Position numbers and translations under genes: made by a program
In this document: piece by piece, positions 48,486-61,100 of the stretch
Numbering within the stretch: position 1 is the first letter of the stretch
How the letters are laid out: every line of letters starts with the position of its first letter
Notes under the pieces: generated by a model
What the model saw: only the letters and a program-made list of their open reading frames with translations
The model's database searches: none
What the model was told of the DNA's origin: nothing
Assembly: GCA_010093815.1 (NCBI GenBank)
Contig: ML996565.1
DNA length: 64,000 bases
From: Pseudovirgaria hyperparasitica
Lineage: Eukaryota
Reading direction: 5' to 3' (one strand)

Positions 48486-50582
48486 ATGGCCGATGAGCAG
48501 GCTAAAAGCACGCTGGAGGAGAAGGTCTTTGACAAACACTCTCATATCGAAGTCCTGACTCAACCGGCCTTGCGATCGAAGTCTGACGACCTTGGGGTCC
48601 TTGATGCTATCAAAAGACACAAACTCATCACTCTCGTCGCTCTCTGCGCAGCGTTTAGCGCTTCCTTGGACGGCTATCAGATCACCTTGAACGGTGGCAT
48701 TGTCTCGAACAAAGGCTTCATCGCGCAGTTTGCTACTGCGGGCACAACGGTGATACAAGGAAAGTATATATCGGCATGGGGCGGTATCCAGTCTGCCGGT
48801 CAGACCATTGGCCAGCTCGTAAGCCAATACAAATGATGTACTGAAGTTATGCCTTACTCATGACTACATAGGGACTGCAATTTGTGACAGATGGTCTGGG
48901 ACGGAAGGCTGCACTGTATACATTGTGGGTGTTCCTCGTAGCTGTAAGTAGATTTGACGTCCATCTGTCATATTGCATGATTGTTGACATGATAACCAGA
49001 GCATATTCGCGGAGACATTTGCAACTAGCTGGCAGCACTGGCTCGTGGCAAAACTGTTTTCCGGAATGGGTGTCGGCATGCTTCAGGCTACAATGCCAGT
49101 GTACCTAGCGGAACTTGCGCCGACGCAGCTGAGAGGATTTCTCATCAACGCGTATTCATTGTGAGTCTCGTCTATCTTTGAAACAGTGATCTAGAGTGGT
49201 GCTCACGTTCTTATCCGTAGTTGGTTTGTGCTTGGCCAACTGTGTGGCTCGATTGCTCTCAATGAGATCCACAAGCTCGAACCGCTGAACTTCAGGCTCG
49301 CAATTTACACCCAGGTCAGTTCATGTTAGTGGCAAGAAGTGACTGTACTGATACGTTTTCTTCGCAGTGGGCTATGGTAGGTGGCATGGGTCTTATCTTC
49401 GTTTTCCTCCCAGAGACGCCGTGGTGGCTTGTCGGTAAAGGCAAGACAGAGCAGGCGGCGAAGGTGCTGCAGAGATACAACGGATCTATCGAAGGATATA
49501 GCGTCCATGAAAACATTGTAAGAACTTTCGAGTCTCTCAACGTACAGACGCTGACGCGCAATGCAGGAAATAATGGCTGCCACGATCGAAAAAGAGCAGC
49601 ACACTGCTCAGCAGAACTCCGAAGCAGGCATCTGGTCTGTATTTCAGGGGCAGAACCTCATACGATTCTTGATAGCATCATGGCCGAAGATCACTCAGCA
49701 GCTTGTCGGACTGGCAGTTTTCAACACTTATGCAACCTATTTCTGTAAGTTTATATCTTACTGTAAACGGTGACATGTAGACTCACACTTCCAGTCCAAT
49801 ACGCAGGGTTCACGAATCCGTTCCAGGTTACTGTCATCCTGGGCTGTGTACAACTTCTCTCCATGCTTCTGACCTCGACACTAACAGATCGATTTGGGCG
49901 ACGACCTCTGACTGTTTATCCATACGGCGTCACCTCTTTGTCGCTGCTCTCCCTTGGTGTCTTAGGGTGTTTTGACTATAAGCGCGAGGACCTCAGCTCT
50001 CTGTTGGTGTTCTTCGCGTGCTTGGCAACATTCTCAACCACAGGTGCATCGGCAATAGGGTATGCGTACGCCGCCGAAGTCCCACAGCAGCGCCTGAGAG
50101 CAAGAACTGCAAGCTGGGCTCTTGCACTTTCGAATATGGTTGCCATCCTATTCAGTTTGTACGTTTGAACGTGAAATCATTGGCTCGGTGTGGTTGGCTA
50201 ACAATCCACAGTACCACTCCGCTAATGATAAACGGTTCTATCACGAAATGGGGTGTCAAGACAGGGTTCTTGTGAGTCTACATAATGATTGGTTATACAT
50301 AGATGATCGTGCTAACTCTTCTGCCTCTGCTAGTTTTGCTGCAACTGGCATCATCGCCGTCGTTGTCGCTTGGTTCATCATGCCCGAGGTTGCACGTCGG
50401 ACACCAGCTGAGATAGATGAGATGTGAGTCCAAGCACGTAGCCCCTACAAAGAACCCGCACCAATGACTCTCATAGGTTCGAGAAGAAGATCAATCTCCG
50501 CAAGTTCAAGGGATACGTCACGGAAGTCGAGGTCAATGCGCAGGAAGTGCAGATTCAAAAGAGCAAGATGGAGAATGCGTGA
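48486..50582 (+). CDS. Sugar porter family MFS transporter (maltose/alpha-glucoside permease-like)
   Basis: TDGLGRK, VYLAELAPTQLRG, PETPWWL, QQLVG, DRFGRRP, AEVPQQRLRA, PEVARRTPAEIDEM. About nine short introns; stop TGA at 50580-50582. Confidence 0.92.
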
Positions 50583-51008
50583 CAGACATGTTGGGTATAT
50601 TGATATCGTGATGATCTAGTAAACCACTGGTTAATGCAACGTTTTTACTCCAGATTTGAACCGCCACGAAGTGTATTGGACGTCACAGACACAACAAAAT
50701 ACTTAATACGGCTAATCCCTTAGTCCGTACCACATCCATCTAGACCCACCCAGCAGAAGCCTCAGGCACACTCCCAAACACCGGGACCATTCCGCACCCC
50801 ACTCCCCGGCCCACCAGACCCGCGGCAGCATCATCGGCAATCCAACGTGAGGAAAACCACAATCCCTTACTAAAACTCTCTCAAAAGCCATGATTTCAAG
50901 CTTCTCTTCCTCTTCCTCCTCCTCTCTTTTTCTCCATCTCCCCCTCCATACACATCCAACTCTACCCTACACTCCTCAATCCTGACATTTCCCCCCAAAC
51001 TACCCACC

Positions 51009-51688
51009 ATGCGCCTCCCATACGTCTCCAATCCACCCACCTTCACCTCTGACTCAGACAACGCCATCGTACAGCGCGTCCAAGCCCGTCGCGGCTCCCG
51101 AGGCCTAATCCCCCTCGATCTCGCCCTTCTCCACTCGCCGCCGGTCGCAGATGGCTGGTAAGAAGCTCCCAAGACAACACCACGCAGAAACACAAGCACC
51201 AGAGCAAGCACTAACACCACACCCCCCAAATCAACAGGAACTCCTTCCTCGGCGCCATCCGCACCGGCACAACGCTCCCAGCCTCAGTCCTCGAACTGGC
51301 CATCTGCCGCGTCGCCGCGCTCAACAACGCATGGTACGAATGGGATGCGCACGCCCCGCTGCTCCAGCGCGCCGACCCAGCACTCTATACTGACGCCGTG
51401 ATGCAATACGTGCTGACTAGCCCCGCGTACGCCGGGCATCGGCAGACGGACGACGGGTATGGTGCCGCGGATGGGAGGAGCGGGCTGGGCGAGCGGGAGC
51501 TTGCGGTGTTGGCGTACACGGATGCGATGACGCGGAGCGTGGAGGTGCCGGAGGCGGTGTGGGCGCGCATGAGGGCTGTGTTTGGCGAGCGGGAGATGGT
51601 GGAGGTGACGGGGGTTGTGGCGGCGTATAACTGTGTCAGCCGGTTTTTGGTTGCGCTGGATGTTGGGGAGAAGAATGGGAGTCGGTAA
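51009..51688 (+). CDS. AhpD-like / carboxymuconolactone decarboxylase family protein
   Basis: MRLPY...LDLALLHSPPVADGW-NSFLGAIR, ELAICRVAALN, YEWDAH, AAYNCVSRFLVALDV. Intron 51158-51237. Confidence 0.85.
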
Positions 51689-52080
51689 GGGGGGAAGGGA
51701 GATGGAGTCGGTGGGATTGCATCGAGAGGAGTTGGTTTCTGGAAATTGAAAGCATTGGATCGGTGTTTGCTTCAATGATGATGATGATGAAGCTTCGTTC
51801 CGTTTCTGGACTGGCCATTCTGCCTATATACAAAATCTGCTCCAACGGCCATACCTCTCCATCTGCCCCTCAACGGAGACCGAACTATTCTGCGTCCGTC
51901 TTTCCGTGTTGTGCGCCCTGCATACGTCAATCATGAAATGCGAAAAATGCGCCCGCCCGCTGATGGTATCTGACACGCCGCTGCAATCTGGTATCATGCC
52001 ATTAAACTCCGTAACCCATATGGCCAAAACTTTCGTCAACAACAGTGCGCAATGCGTAATGCATGTGTGCATTGTCACAG

Positions 52081-53880
52081 TCACCGGCGGTTCAACATGC
52101 CGCCCAGGGCCCGCAGAACGTCGTCCGTTCCAATATTGCTTGTGCCGACCTTCTCTTTTACATCTTGCTCCCTCTTCTCCAGTCGTTCAGCTGTGCCATT
52201 CAAGATCTTCTCTGCCGCCCGTTCGGCCGTCTGTCGATATTGCGATAGCTTGTGCACACCATCCGCGAACACGTCGATGGTAGGCTCTAAGGATTGTGAA
52301 AGAGTCGTGAGTCGAGCAGATACATCTGTCGGTGTCGAGTCTGGTGCGAATGAGACCGGGGCAAGTTCGGGAGGTAAGTCGACCGGTACACCAGTTAGCG
52401 AGGCGAGGATGGAGGATTGTACGGGATCATCGAGCACGTTCGGGTTGATGTTATCAGGGACGTTTGCGGAGGCTTTCTGGCGTTCACGAGTAGGAGGTTC
52501 TGGCAAGGAGGTAGAAGCCTGCGTCAGTGACTTCCACGCGCGTTCTTGTTCTTCAAGTCTAAGGCATGTCAGCAGTGTCTTCCGCAGGTCCATCTTTTGG
52601 CCCGAACCTGTCAATCTCAGCTTCAAGATCTTTCAGTCGTGCCGCGTTCTCTACGTTCCTCGGATTAGGCTTACGCACTAGGCTTGTCGAAGGGGAGTCG
52701 TCCTTTGTCTGTGTCAGTCTCGAATTCATCGCATGATGCGGATCTCGACTCACCGGCCTGCTGAACCAGTTTGACATTGCTGGTTTCGAAGCAAAGTCGT
52801 CTAGTAGCTCTTTTTGAATCTGCCGCGCAGCCATAATCGCATTGTGGTCTTTTGCAGCTCCGCTCGGCTTCTCTAGTAACGCTTTTGACGCACACCATGT
52901 CAAGAGCTGGGCCATACGTTTGGGCTCTATGAGATCCATGTCGATATGCTTGTAATAGTCGTCTGTGGGCACTTGCTCGTGTGGAACAGCTACATTCTCA
53001 GGTCAGCCCACTATTGGCAGCATGCAAAGGTGAAATCTTACAGGACTGCCCGCTCTCCATCAGCGCACTGGCACGTCGACCCCTTAGGCCTGAGCTGCTC
53101 CTCCGATTGCTCGTGGCACCTTCTTTCCGCATTTCCTTATTGCGCTTGTTCATGGGAGTGTCGGTGGACGGTAACGCGATTTTTGTCGGTGAGCGTTTCT
53201 TTGCTACTTTGAGTGCCGGCTCGTTCGCACCAACAAATTCTACCCGTTCATCGTTGGCATCCAGGAAGGTCTGTGGGACTTTTGATATAGGCTGCTTGCT
53301 GAGTATTTGCTTCGGTCGTTTCGTCTGTCGATCTAGATCTGGGTCTGCCCTGGGCGGCACAGTTTGAAGGGTTTCACCGGACAATCGTGAGGACCGCCGT
53401 GCTGGCTCTTTGCGCGGAGCAGGTTGTAGGTCTGCCGCAGCTACAGGGGTCTTTTTGCGTTTTGCTGATGGCACCCCGGCGGGTTTTGAATTTGGCTCTT
53501 CCGCAATCGGTTCAGGTCTATGTGCTGGCGCAGCGCGTGATTTTGTCGTCCGTCCTCGAGTAAACTGGAAGCCATCATCCTCTTCATCGTATGCTGCCCA
53601 GCCCAAGTCAGTTTCTTGCCCAAAAGCCGAGGCCTTCATCACTCCATAAGATGCACTCACCAGCCCTCGTCCGCTTCGGTTGTGTAGTCGCGCCATTTGC
53701 TCGAGATGTGCCCTTCCCACTTGTCCCATTTGCATCTGTTTTCGTCCTCTTCCCTGCTGGCTCGGGCTGCTCGTCCTCGAAAGCAAGACGCGCACTTCTT
53801 CTTCGCGTCCCCCGCTGGTCCGAGGACATGCTTAACACTGGCAATGGCTGTCGAATCGCTATACTTGTCATGGAGGTCAT
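52081..53880 (-). CDS. DSN1: Mis12-complex kinetochore subunit Dsn1/Mis13
   Basis: YDEEDDGFQF, DTPMNKRNKEMR, RRSSSGLRGRRAS, YYKHI...EPKRMAQLLTWC, KPNPRN. Introns 53594-53660, 52990-53041, 52703-52753 and 52559-52607. Confidence 0.85.
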
Positions 53881-54543
53881 GCGTCGCGAGGAGTGTCAAT
53901 GGGTGTGAGAGGTCCGGCCGACTCTAGGGTATGGCGCGGGTGCGACGCGGTCGAGAGGCTCGAGCTGCACGGTCGGCGCGCAGTAAAGGCATGCGCAACG
54001 CGCAGATATTCGTGTAGCTAATGATTGGGCGTGTGGTGATGCGATAGGTGTTGTGTTGGGAGCAGAATTGGTATGGCCGTCGTGATTGCATTGGCATAGA
54101 AGCGCGGGCCGGATCGAGAGCGTTTGTGACGGTCAATCCACCAAAACAAAGCGCGCACGTGATGACTTCATGAAAGCTTGGCACTGAGTTTCCACGTCGC
54201 AACGCTTGGACCACTTGCGAGTTGCTTGACCCGAACACATTTCACCCCTTTTGGCGAATATCGGTCAATATGAGATTCTTCGTCAGTCATGTGGCTGAAA
54301 ATGATGCATCCCGCAGCAATGATGGGCCAAGAATGTCAGCATACAGCTGTTCGAGGGCTGAGCGGACCCATGTTTGCCGATTCCTGCCTATCAAGCCACA
54401 TGCTACACTTTTCATCGATCTCATCAATCAGCCAGCCAGCGAGCCAAGATCTCGTTTACTACAGGTTGTCTAGGCACTATAACTCTTTTTTTGAAGCACT
54501 AAGAAAGGCCATTATATATCCCAGCGCGTGTGACTGCTGAAAG

Positions 54544-55959
54544 ATGCCTGGAGTACCCTCGAGCGATTCCTGCGACGCTTGTAGAAAGCAGAAGAAGAAG
54601 GTCAGCCAAATCCAGGTTTCCACATAATAGAGAGATCTGTCACATCCACGACTACCAGTTCTACTGACTCTGAAGGGTCCAGTGCGATAAAGCTAGGCCG
54701 GCTTGTTCGAGATGCACGAGGTTAGGCATTCCGTGTATAGGGGCCGGGGTACAACGCTACAAGTTTCTCACTGTCAATGGACAACGTGAACATGGTTTGA
54801 CTCGCCTCGTCACGTTCGCTGCAAATCAGGAACCTCTTTCTATCCTCAGACCACCCCAAAATGCTACTACTAGTCTAGCCCAAGAACTCGTGCATCAGTT
54901 GGCTGTGGAAGATGTTCGTTTCAACCTCCCCTTGGTATACGGGCCCTTGATCATCGAACTGCCCCGACTGCTTGGACAAAATGATGTTCTTGATGCCTCT
55001 GTGGCAAGTTTAGTTGCGACAGTCGATGATATAGCCGCCAACAAACGCTCTCCGGCACGGTTCGGGCAGTACGGCATCGCCTTGGCCAAGCTCCGGATGT
55101 CGTTGCAAGATCCGGAAAAGGTATTCTCAAGTCTGACTCTTTGCGCTGTTTACATCGTATGGTGTTGTCAGGGATGGATCGGAGGCGACCAGAGCAACGC
55201 GGTTGGTCATGGCGCGGGGCTTGTGGCATTCATATCGAGGACGCAGCTGCGATTCTCCAAGGATCCGTTTGACCAGAACCTGCTTCGTACATTGCTGGCA
55301 GCAACTGTAAGGACTGGTAGACTCTCTACGGCTTATGAGCCCTGACCATTGTATAGATGTTTGAAGCGGCTTTCGATCCCAGCATCAGAATGGCTCCTTG
55401 GATGAAGGATATACTCACCGGTACGGGCACAGGTGCAAATGAACATACGGTCATCTCATTCCTGTTGAACCTACCCCGTCTGATGCAGTACGATCCCTCT
55501 CTTCTTCCAACCATAGAACAGTACTATACAGCCATCTTGAAAAAGGCCAAGACATCCATCGACATGACAGCTCTCTCACAAGCACAGCGTTTCACAGCCT
55601 TTTCAGGCCTGGCAATCTCCTCAGGAGTCGCCCTCGCGCTCAACGGGATCCTTCTAGTCTACACACCCAGCAACAAAGACCTCCTCAGCACCTCCCTAGA
55701 CCTACACAACCAAACCCTAGACCTCGTAGCTCAATCCGACCAATATCTCCCCATGGCAGCAAGCTGGATCCCCATCGCCCTCGAATACGCCTGGGTCGCA
55801 CAACCAGACCCAACCCGCCGCGCCGCCATCCAACAAGCCTGGGAAAAACACTGGACACCACACTCGCACGCACCCTTTGGCATATCCAGCAAATTCCTCC
55901 TCACATTCGACGCTCTACGCACCCAAGCCGCCCTCGCACACGCCCCAATCCAATACTAA
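54544..55959 (+). CDS. Zn(II)2Cys6 transcription factor
   Basis: MPGVPSSDSCDACRKQKKK-CDKARPACSRCTRLGIPC after removing intron 54601-54682. Second intron 55307-55356. Confidence 0.9.
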
Positions 55960-55975
55960 ATTTCAAAACCCCCTT

Positions 55976-56650
55976 TCATCCATCAACCACCCCCGCCAAC
56001 GCCCCAAACACCTCCGCCATCGCCTTCACTTCTTCCTCATCGTCGTCAGCATCCTTTTCCGCCTTCCCCCCCTTCACCACCGCACAAACCCACGAGCACA
56101 ACACCAAATCAAGCAGAAACTCATCGCCACACGCCCGTCCATACGCCCCCAGATCACACCCCTTCCTCCCTCCAAAAACCCCCGGCTTCCTCCCCCGCGC
56201 AAGCAGCGTCCCATCCGCATCCCTCAACTCCTCAACTCCACCACTCCCCGCCCGCCACTCCAACATCGTCCCGCCAGGCAGCTCGATATCCCGCCCATCC
56301 CGCAGCCCCTCCCACGACTGCCGTACTTTGACTTCGCGCCCGTGGATGTGTAGCGTCGTCGTCCCGGAGAGTAGGGAGTGCTTGGAAGTGCAGATTTCGC
56401 GGCGCTGTGCTTCCTGCGCGCTTGCCCCGGGCTCGGCCGCAGGCATGATGCGCGTGACGCTGTGTTTCGAGTATGCGAATAGTGCGAGGCGCTGCCCTGT
56501 GGCGTTGAGCGCGGCGATGTGTTTGCCGTCGGGGGCGAAGCGGAATGTTATCGGTGGTGCGGCAGCAGCACCAGCAGCAGCACTAGCAGAAGCACCACCA
56601 CCACCACCGCCACTAGAGTCGTTCTTGCAATCATCATACAGCGGCGACAT
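55976..56650 (-). CDS. Hypothetical protein (possibly Tubby/LURP-one-like beta fold)
   Basis: Open GC-rich frame with alternating beta-like segments and a C-terminal hydrophobic helix (LLDLVLCSWVCAV). The fold guess is weak. Confidence 0.55.
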   Translation of the reverse strand: MSPLYDDCKNDSSGGGGGGASASAAAGAAAAPPITFRFAPDGKHIAALNATGQRLALFAYSKHSVTRIMPAAEPGASAQEAQRREICTSKHSLLSGTTTLHIHGREVKVRQSWEGLRDGRDIELPGGTMLEWRAGSGGVEELRDADGTLLARGRKPGVFGGRKGCDLGAYGRACGDEFLLDLVLCSWVCAVVKGGKAEKDADDDEEEVKAMAEVFGALAGVVDG

Positions 56651-58158
56651 CGTAGCAGCAAGCAGGATATGAACACACATCTATGTCCCCCCTCGGCCTG
56701 ATGGACAACGCAAGGAACAAGGAAAAACCAACCAAAAGAACAAGGTAGACAAGATGTCTGTGATGTGTGATGTGTGCTGGATGGTATACGATATAAATAT
56801 AATACCACTGAGATATATCAGAAATCACAATATGCGCACGATACCGCACCACACAAGAACCCCCCAAAGAGGAGCGCAGCTGGGGCTTTATATATACACA
56901 CATCCACCCACACACACACTCATCAATCCAACCAATTCCCGCGTACCGTCAGAAGATCCGCGTATCCCAATTCCATCAGCAGCAGCATCATCATCACTGT
57001 CCCTTCGTCGCTGTCGTTCGTCGCTGTTCTCTGCCAAGGGGGGGAGCATAAGGAGGTAACACACACCACGCTATGCCTATTCCGGTCCGATACACCGCCG
57101 TGCCCCCACTCGTCACGCATTACCCATGTCATGTTATGTCATGTCAAGTCCCGGTCGCGGTCTCACCTGGATCCGCCATTCCGTACATTATATCATCCCG
57201 CCGTGTGTGTGTGTGTTGGTGTGGTGTATGTATTGCAAAGCACTGACTAATTGCGCAACAAGTCTTGGCGGGCTGCGTCATTCTCAATCTCAACTTCAGT
57301 CTCAGTCTGCATCTGCGTCACTTTCGGCGTGTGTGTCAGCTCAGTTACAAAGCTTTGGAAATTCAATGTGGGGATTTGAAACAGAGAAAAGGAATATGAG
57401 AAATCGTGAGAAAGGATAGGCGGTACGGGGCGGCGCGGGAAGGGTAGCGTCCGGTTCTGGGGGAGGTTGGGCGGGGAGGTTTGAAGTCCCGGATTCCGTG
57501 GGTTTGTTGTGGCATGGAGATGGAGCGAGAGAGAAGATGAGAGGAAGCGGTCAAAGGGAGAGATTTGTCATTCTGGGATTTGGAAAGAATGCGAAAGGGG
57601 ATGGCAGGTGGTTAGTATGAGATGGGGTGACTTGGAATGGGATAGGATAGGACGATACTGGAGGAGTGTACATATACACATCCATGACCATATACATACA
57701 TATACACACACACCATCCCGACGCGAAACACATATACCAAACCCCTCGCGTCAAGTTAGAGAGGGGGAGATATACCAACGTAGAACCGAAGACTCGTCTG
57801 GCATCCGGAAAAGTTCCCGCTCTTCTCCTACTTACATCGCTGTGCTGAGATACAGACATACATATATATATGGTCTCGGTATGTGAGGTATAGGTTTAAT
57901 CATCACCTCGTCGTCTTGTCTTCTCGTCTTTGGGTCGCGTTGGTGTTGTGTAACTTCCGCCTGTGTCGCGTTCTCGCGGCTCGTGCTACGCCTCCTCTTT
58001 CATCGTCTTGATAGTGAGCGCTTGGTTCGGCGCGACGGACGCTGTTCAACACGGTGAGGTCTTCCATCAAACCTCGCCGTCACATGCAGTCATCGATCTG
58101 CATCCTCACTGCATCGCCCATTCTCAAGTTCAGAAGTCCACCCCTGAAGCCGCCCTCT

Positions 58159-61100
58159 TCATCCTCCATCCTCGGCTGCCCCTTCAATCTCCCCAAGCAC
58201 CCTTTCCAACTCCTTCCACCGCACCGGCTTAACCATATACCCATCCGCGCCGCTCGCATCCGCCTCACGCTGCACCTCTTCGCTTGCCAAGCCCGTAACC
58301 ATGATGATATGGCATTTCGGCAGATCGCGCTGCTTCTCCAGCTGTCTGATCTGGCGAGTAGCGGCCAGGCCGTCCAGGACGGGCATACTGATGTCCATCA
58401 GGATGACGCGGCAGGCGGTGGGGTCGGCGCGGTAGAGGTCGACTGCGTTTTGGCCGTTGGTGGCGGTGATGTGAGGGGCGGACTTGCGCTTCATGACGGC
58501 GACGAGGAGGCGGAGGTTAATGGGGTTGTCATCGACTAGGAGGAAAGTTTGGGGCGGTGTGGAGCTGGGGGAGGTTGGAGAGGATGGGTTGAGAGTTGAT
58601 GGGCTGTTGAAGGGGGTGGTTTTCGGTACGAATGGGCTGTCAGGGTTGGTGTTGATCTCTTTGTTAGCGGTGGTAGATGAAGCAGGTTCGAAGGTATGAG
58701 GAGGCAGAGGTCGAGTAGTGCTTTCCTCAGTGATGTTTGAGAGGTCGTTGTAGGGTTGGGCGTGTTCCATGGACTCGGGGAGCTTGGTTGGGATCGTATC
58801 AATGCGGATGACTGTCTGTACAGGGTTGAAAAAAGGACGACCTCCTTTACTCATCTCTTCATTTTGTCGTTTCAAACAAACGGACAAAGCTTTGCCCAGC
58901 CTGTATACACCGCAACTAGGACGCTTTAGTAAGATATCTCAGCAGCATATTATGGCTAGCTTACGGGAGGTTGACGTATTCAAGCACCACGGTGTCTCGG
59001 TGTTTCTCCCGCAGAGGATCCAGGGCCTCTTTTCTTGAGACGGACGATTGGCAGAACGCAATCAGGATCGGCTTCTGTTTGCTGCTGGGTACGGTAAGGA
59101 AGGTATGGTCGAGAAGGCGGTTGATATCTGTCTCCACAACCGACGATGATTCGATGGCAAGATAGACATCATGGATCCGATCGTGGCTTTCTGATTCCAG
59201 ATGAAAATGCATACCATACCATTCAGTGCATGTCTGTCTGAGCGACGTTATCATAGCCGACAAGCTCTCCCTCGGGATTTTCGACTCCCCACTCATACTC
59301 CAGCCTCTGTCAAGCAGACACACAGTCTTCTCTTGCGTCCTACCAGAGACTATGGCATAGTCGTCAAGGCTCCCATTCCTGCCATCGGAGCCGATATCCT
59401 TGATTGCACACTGCAGCATACTGATTGATACCGTAACCTTCGTACCCACATCCTGCTTACTCTCAATAGCAATCCTTCCTTTGCATGAATCGACAATCTG
59501 TTTGACAATGCTGAGTCCCAAGCCTGTGCCGGATGAGAGATTGTCTTCCTGAGAAAATGGCATGAATATCCTGTGCCGCAGATATTCCTCGGACATGCCG
59601 CGGCCCGAATCGGTCACCGTCAAGACCAACTTCTTTTGTGTACTGTTACGAGCGGCCTTTGCTACGAGTCTGATCTTCACATAGCCTCTTTCGGTATACT
59701 TGAGCGAGTTTGCAAAGATATTCATAACAATTCTTCTCCATGCCCCGGCTGAGGTCAAAAAGGCGGCATCCACACTTTTGTCAATGTCCAGTATGACTGT
59801 AAGATCATCCAGCGCAAAGTTCTTGGGGTACTCGGCGCTCGTGTCGAGACCTCTTCCTGTCTTTTCCGAAGTCGAAGTCTGTGCAGATGATCTCTTCTGA
59901 GCCGCGAATCCGGACGACACAGCAGCCACTACCTCCTCTGTGATTAGGTCGAGACGTATGGCTCTCTCCGTAGAGGCAACCATTGAGCGGGAACCAGTCT
60001 CTGACGCGAGTCTGGCACCATGCTTCCGAAGATGCAGCGTACGGTTCACTTTCGTATAATCAAGGAGCTAACACTGTCAGTACGGCATTCTAACGAGACT
60101 GTATAGAACTCCAAAAAAATGAATGGAAATTGTACAGGAGAGACCACGAAATAGTCTTGTGGCGACTTGTTTAGACGCCTTCAGGGCAGAAGAGGAGGAG
60201 CCGTACGACATCCCTGAGAGAAAAAGAGAGAGACCTACATGATCCAATGTGTCAAGCAGAGTTTTGCCACAAGTTTCAATCGAATGCATCATGTCCACTT
60301 CGAAGGCTGATCTTGCACTCCCCTCAAGCAGATCTACACTGCCTAAGATCCCATGCAAAGGCGATCTGAGTTCATGGGATATCGAGCGGAGGACATCGGC
60401 CTTGATTCGATCTGATCTGAGAGCATTGACCCGTGCTACTTCAGTCATGATGGTGGAGGCCATCGCCTTGAGAAAGGTGAGATGCTCGCTAGTGATCAAC
60501 AGTTGGTCTGCGCGTGTAGACCATATCAGCCCTCCTGCGTACCACCTCTCTTGATGGGCGTCCCAGATGGGAATGAAAGCCACACCACGAGCACCTGGCA
60601 CTGCAGTCCCGACGATGGCGTCGCACGAGGCCGAGGATGCTTTTTTGCGCCTCTTCTTGGCTGCATTCGCTTCCATCATGTTTTCAGCTTCCTTGTCGGT
60701 GGCAGATGTATTTGGCCCCTCGCCGTCGCTGGAACCGGATGACGGCTTCCCATCTCTATCGAAATTGATGATCCTCCCGTGAGCATACCGGCGAAGCAAA
60801 GCTTGCAGATCTTTTTCGCGAAGTCGTGGAGGTAAATGCAAAGTTCGTTCGGTGCTTTCATCGGGCGTCTCAACAGGTGTCTGGGGCATCTCGTCCTCAT
60901 GTTGCCTGGATTTTCGTAGTTCAGAGTATCCTAATATCTTACACATGGTGCTTCGATTTGAATCCCGGCTCTCGGAGTCCTCAGTCGACGAGTTCCCTTT
61001 GGAGTCTTCCTTATTCGACATGTCGGACGATGTTGAGTCGTCGGTCCGAAGAAGGCCTGCTGCTGCTTTAGTATGATGTCAAACACCCAAACAGGGCAGG

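Noticed and set aside
54544..55959. Zn2Cys6 factor as regulator of the GH79/GH78 group
   Set aside because: It is separated from the group by the housekeeping gene DSN1 and nothing in the sequence links them.
56700..58100. Short ORFs in an interval rich in CA/TG/TA runs
   Set aside because: Low-complexity promoter or UTR-like sequence with no protein motifs.
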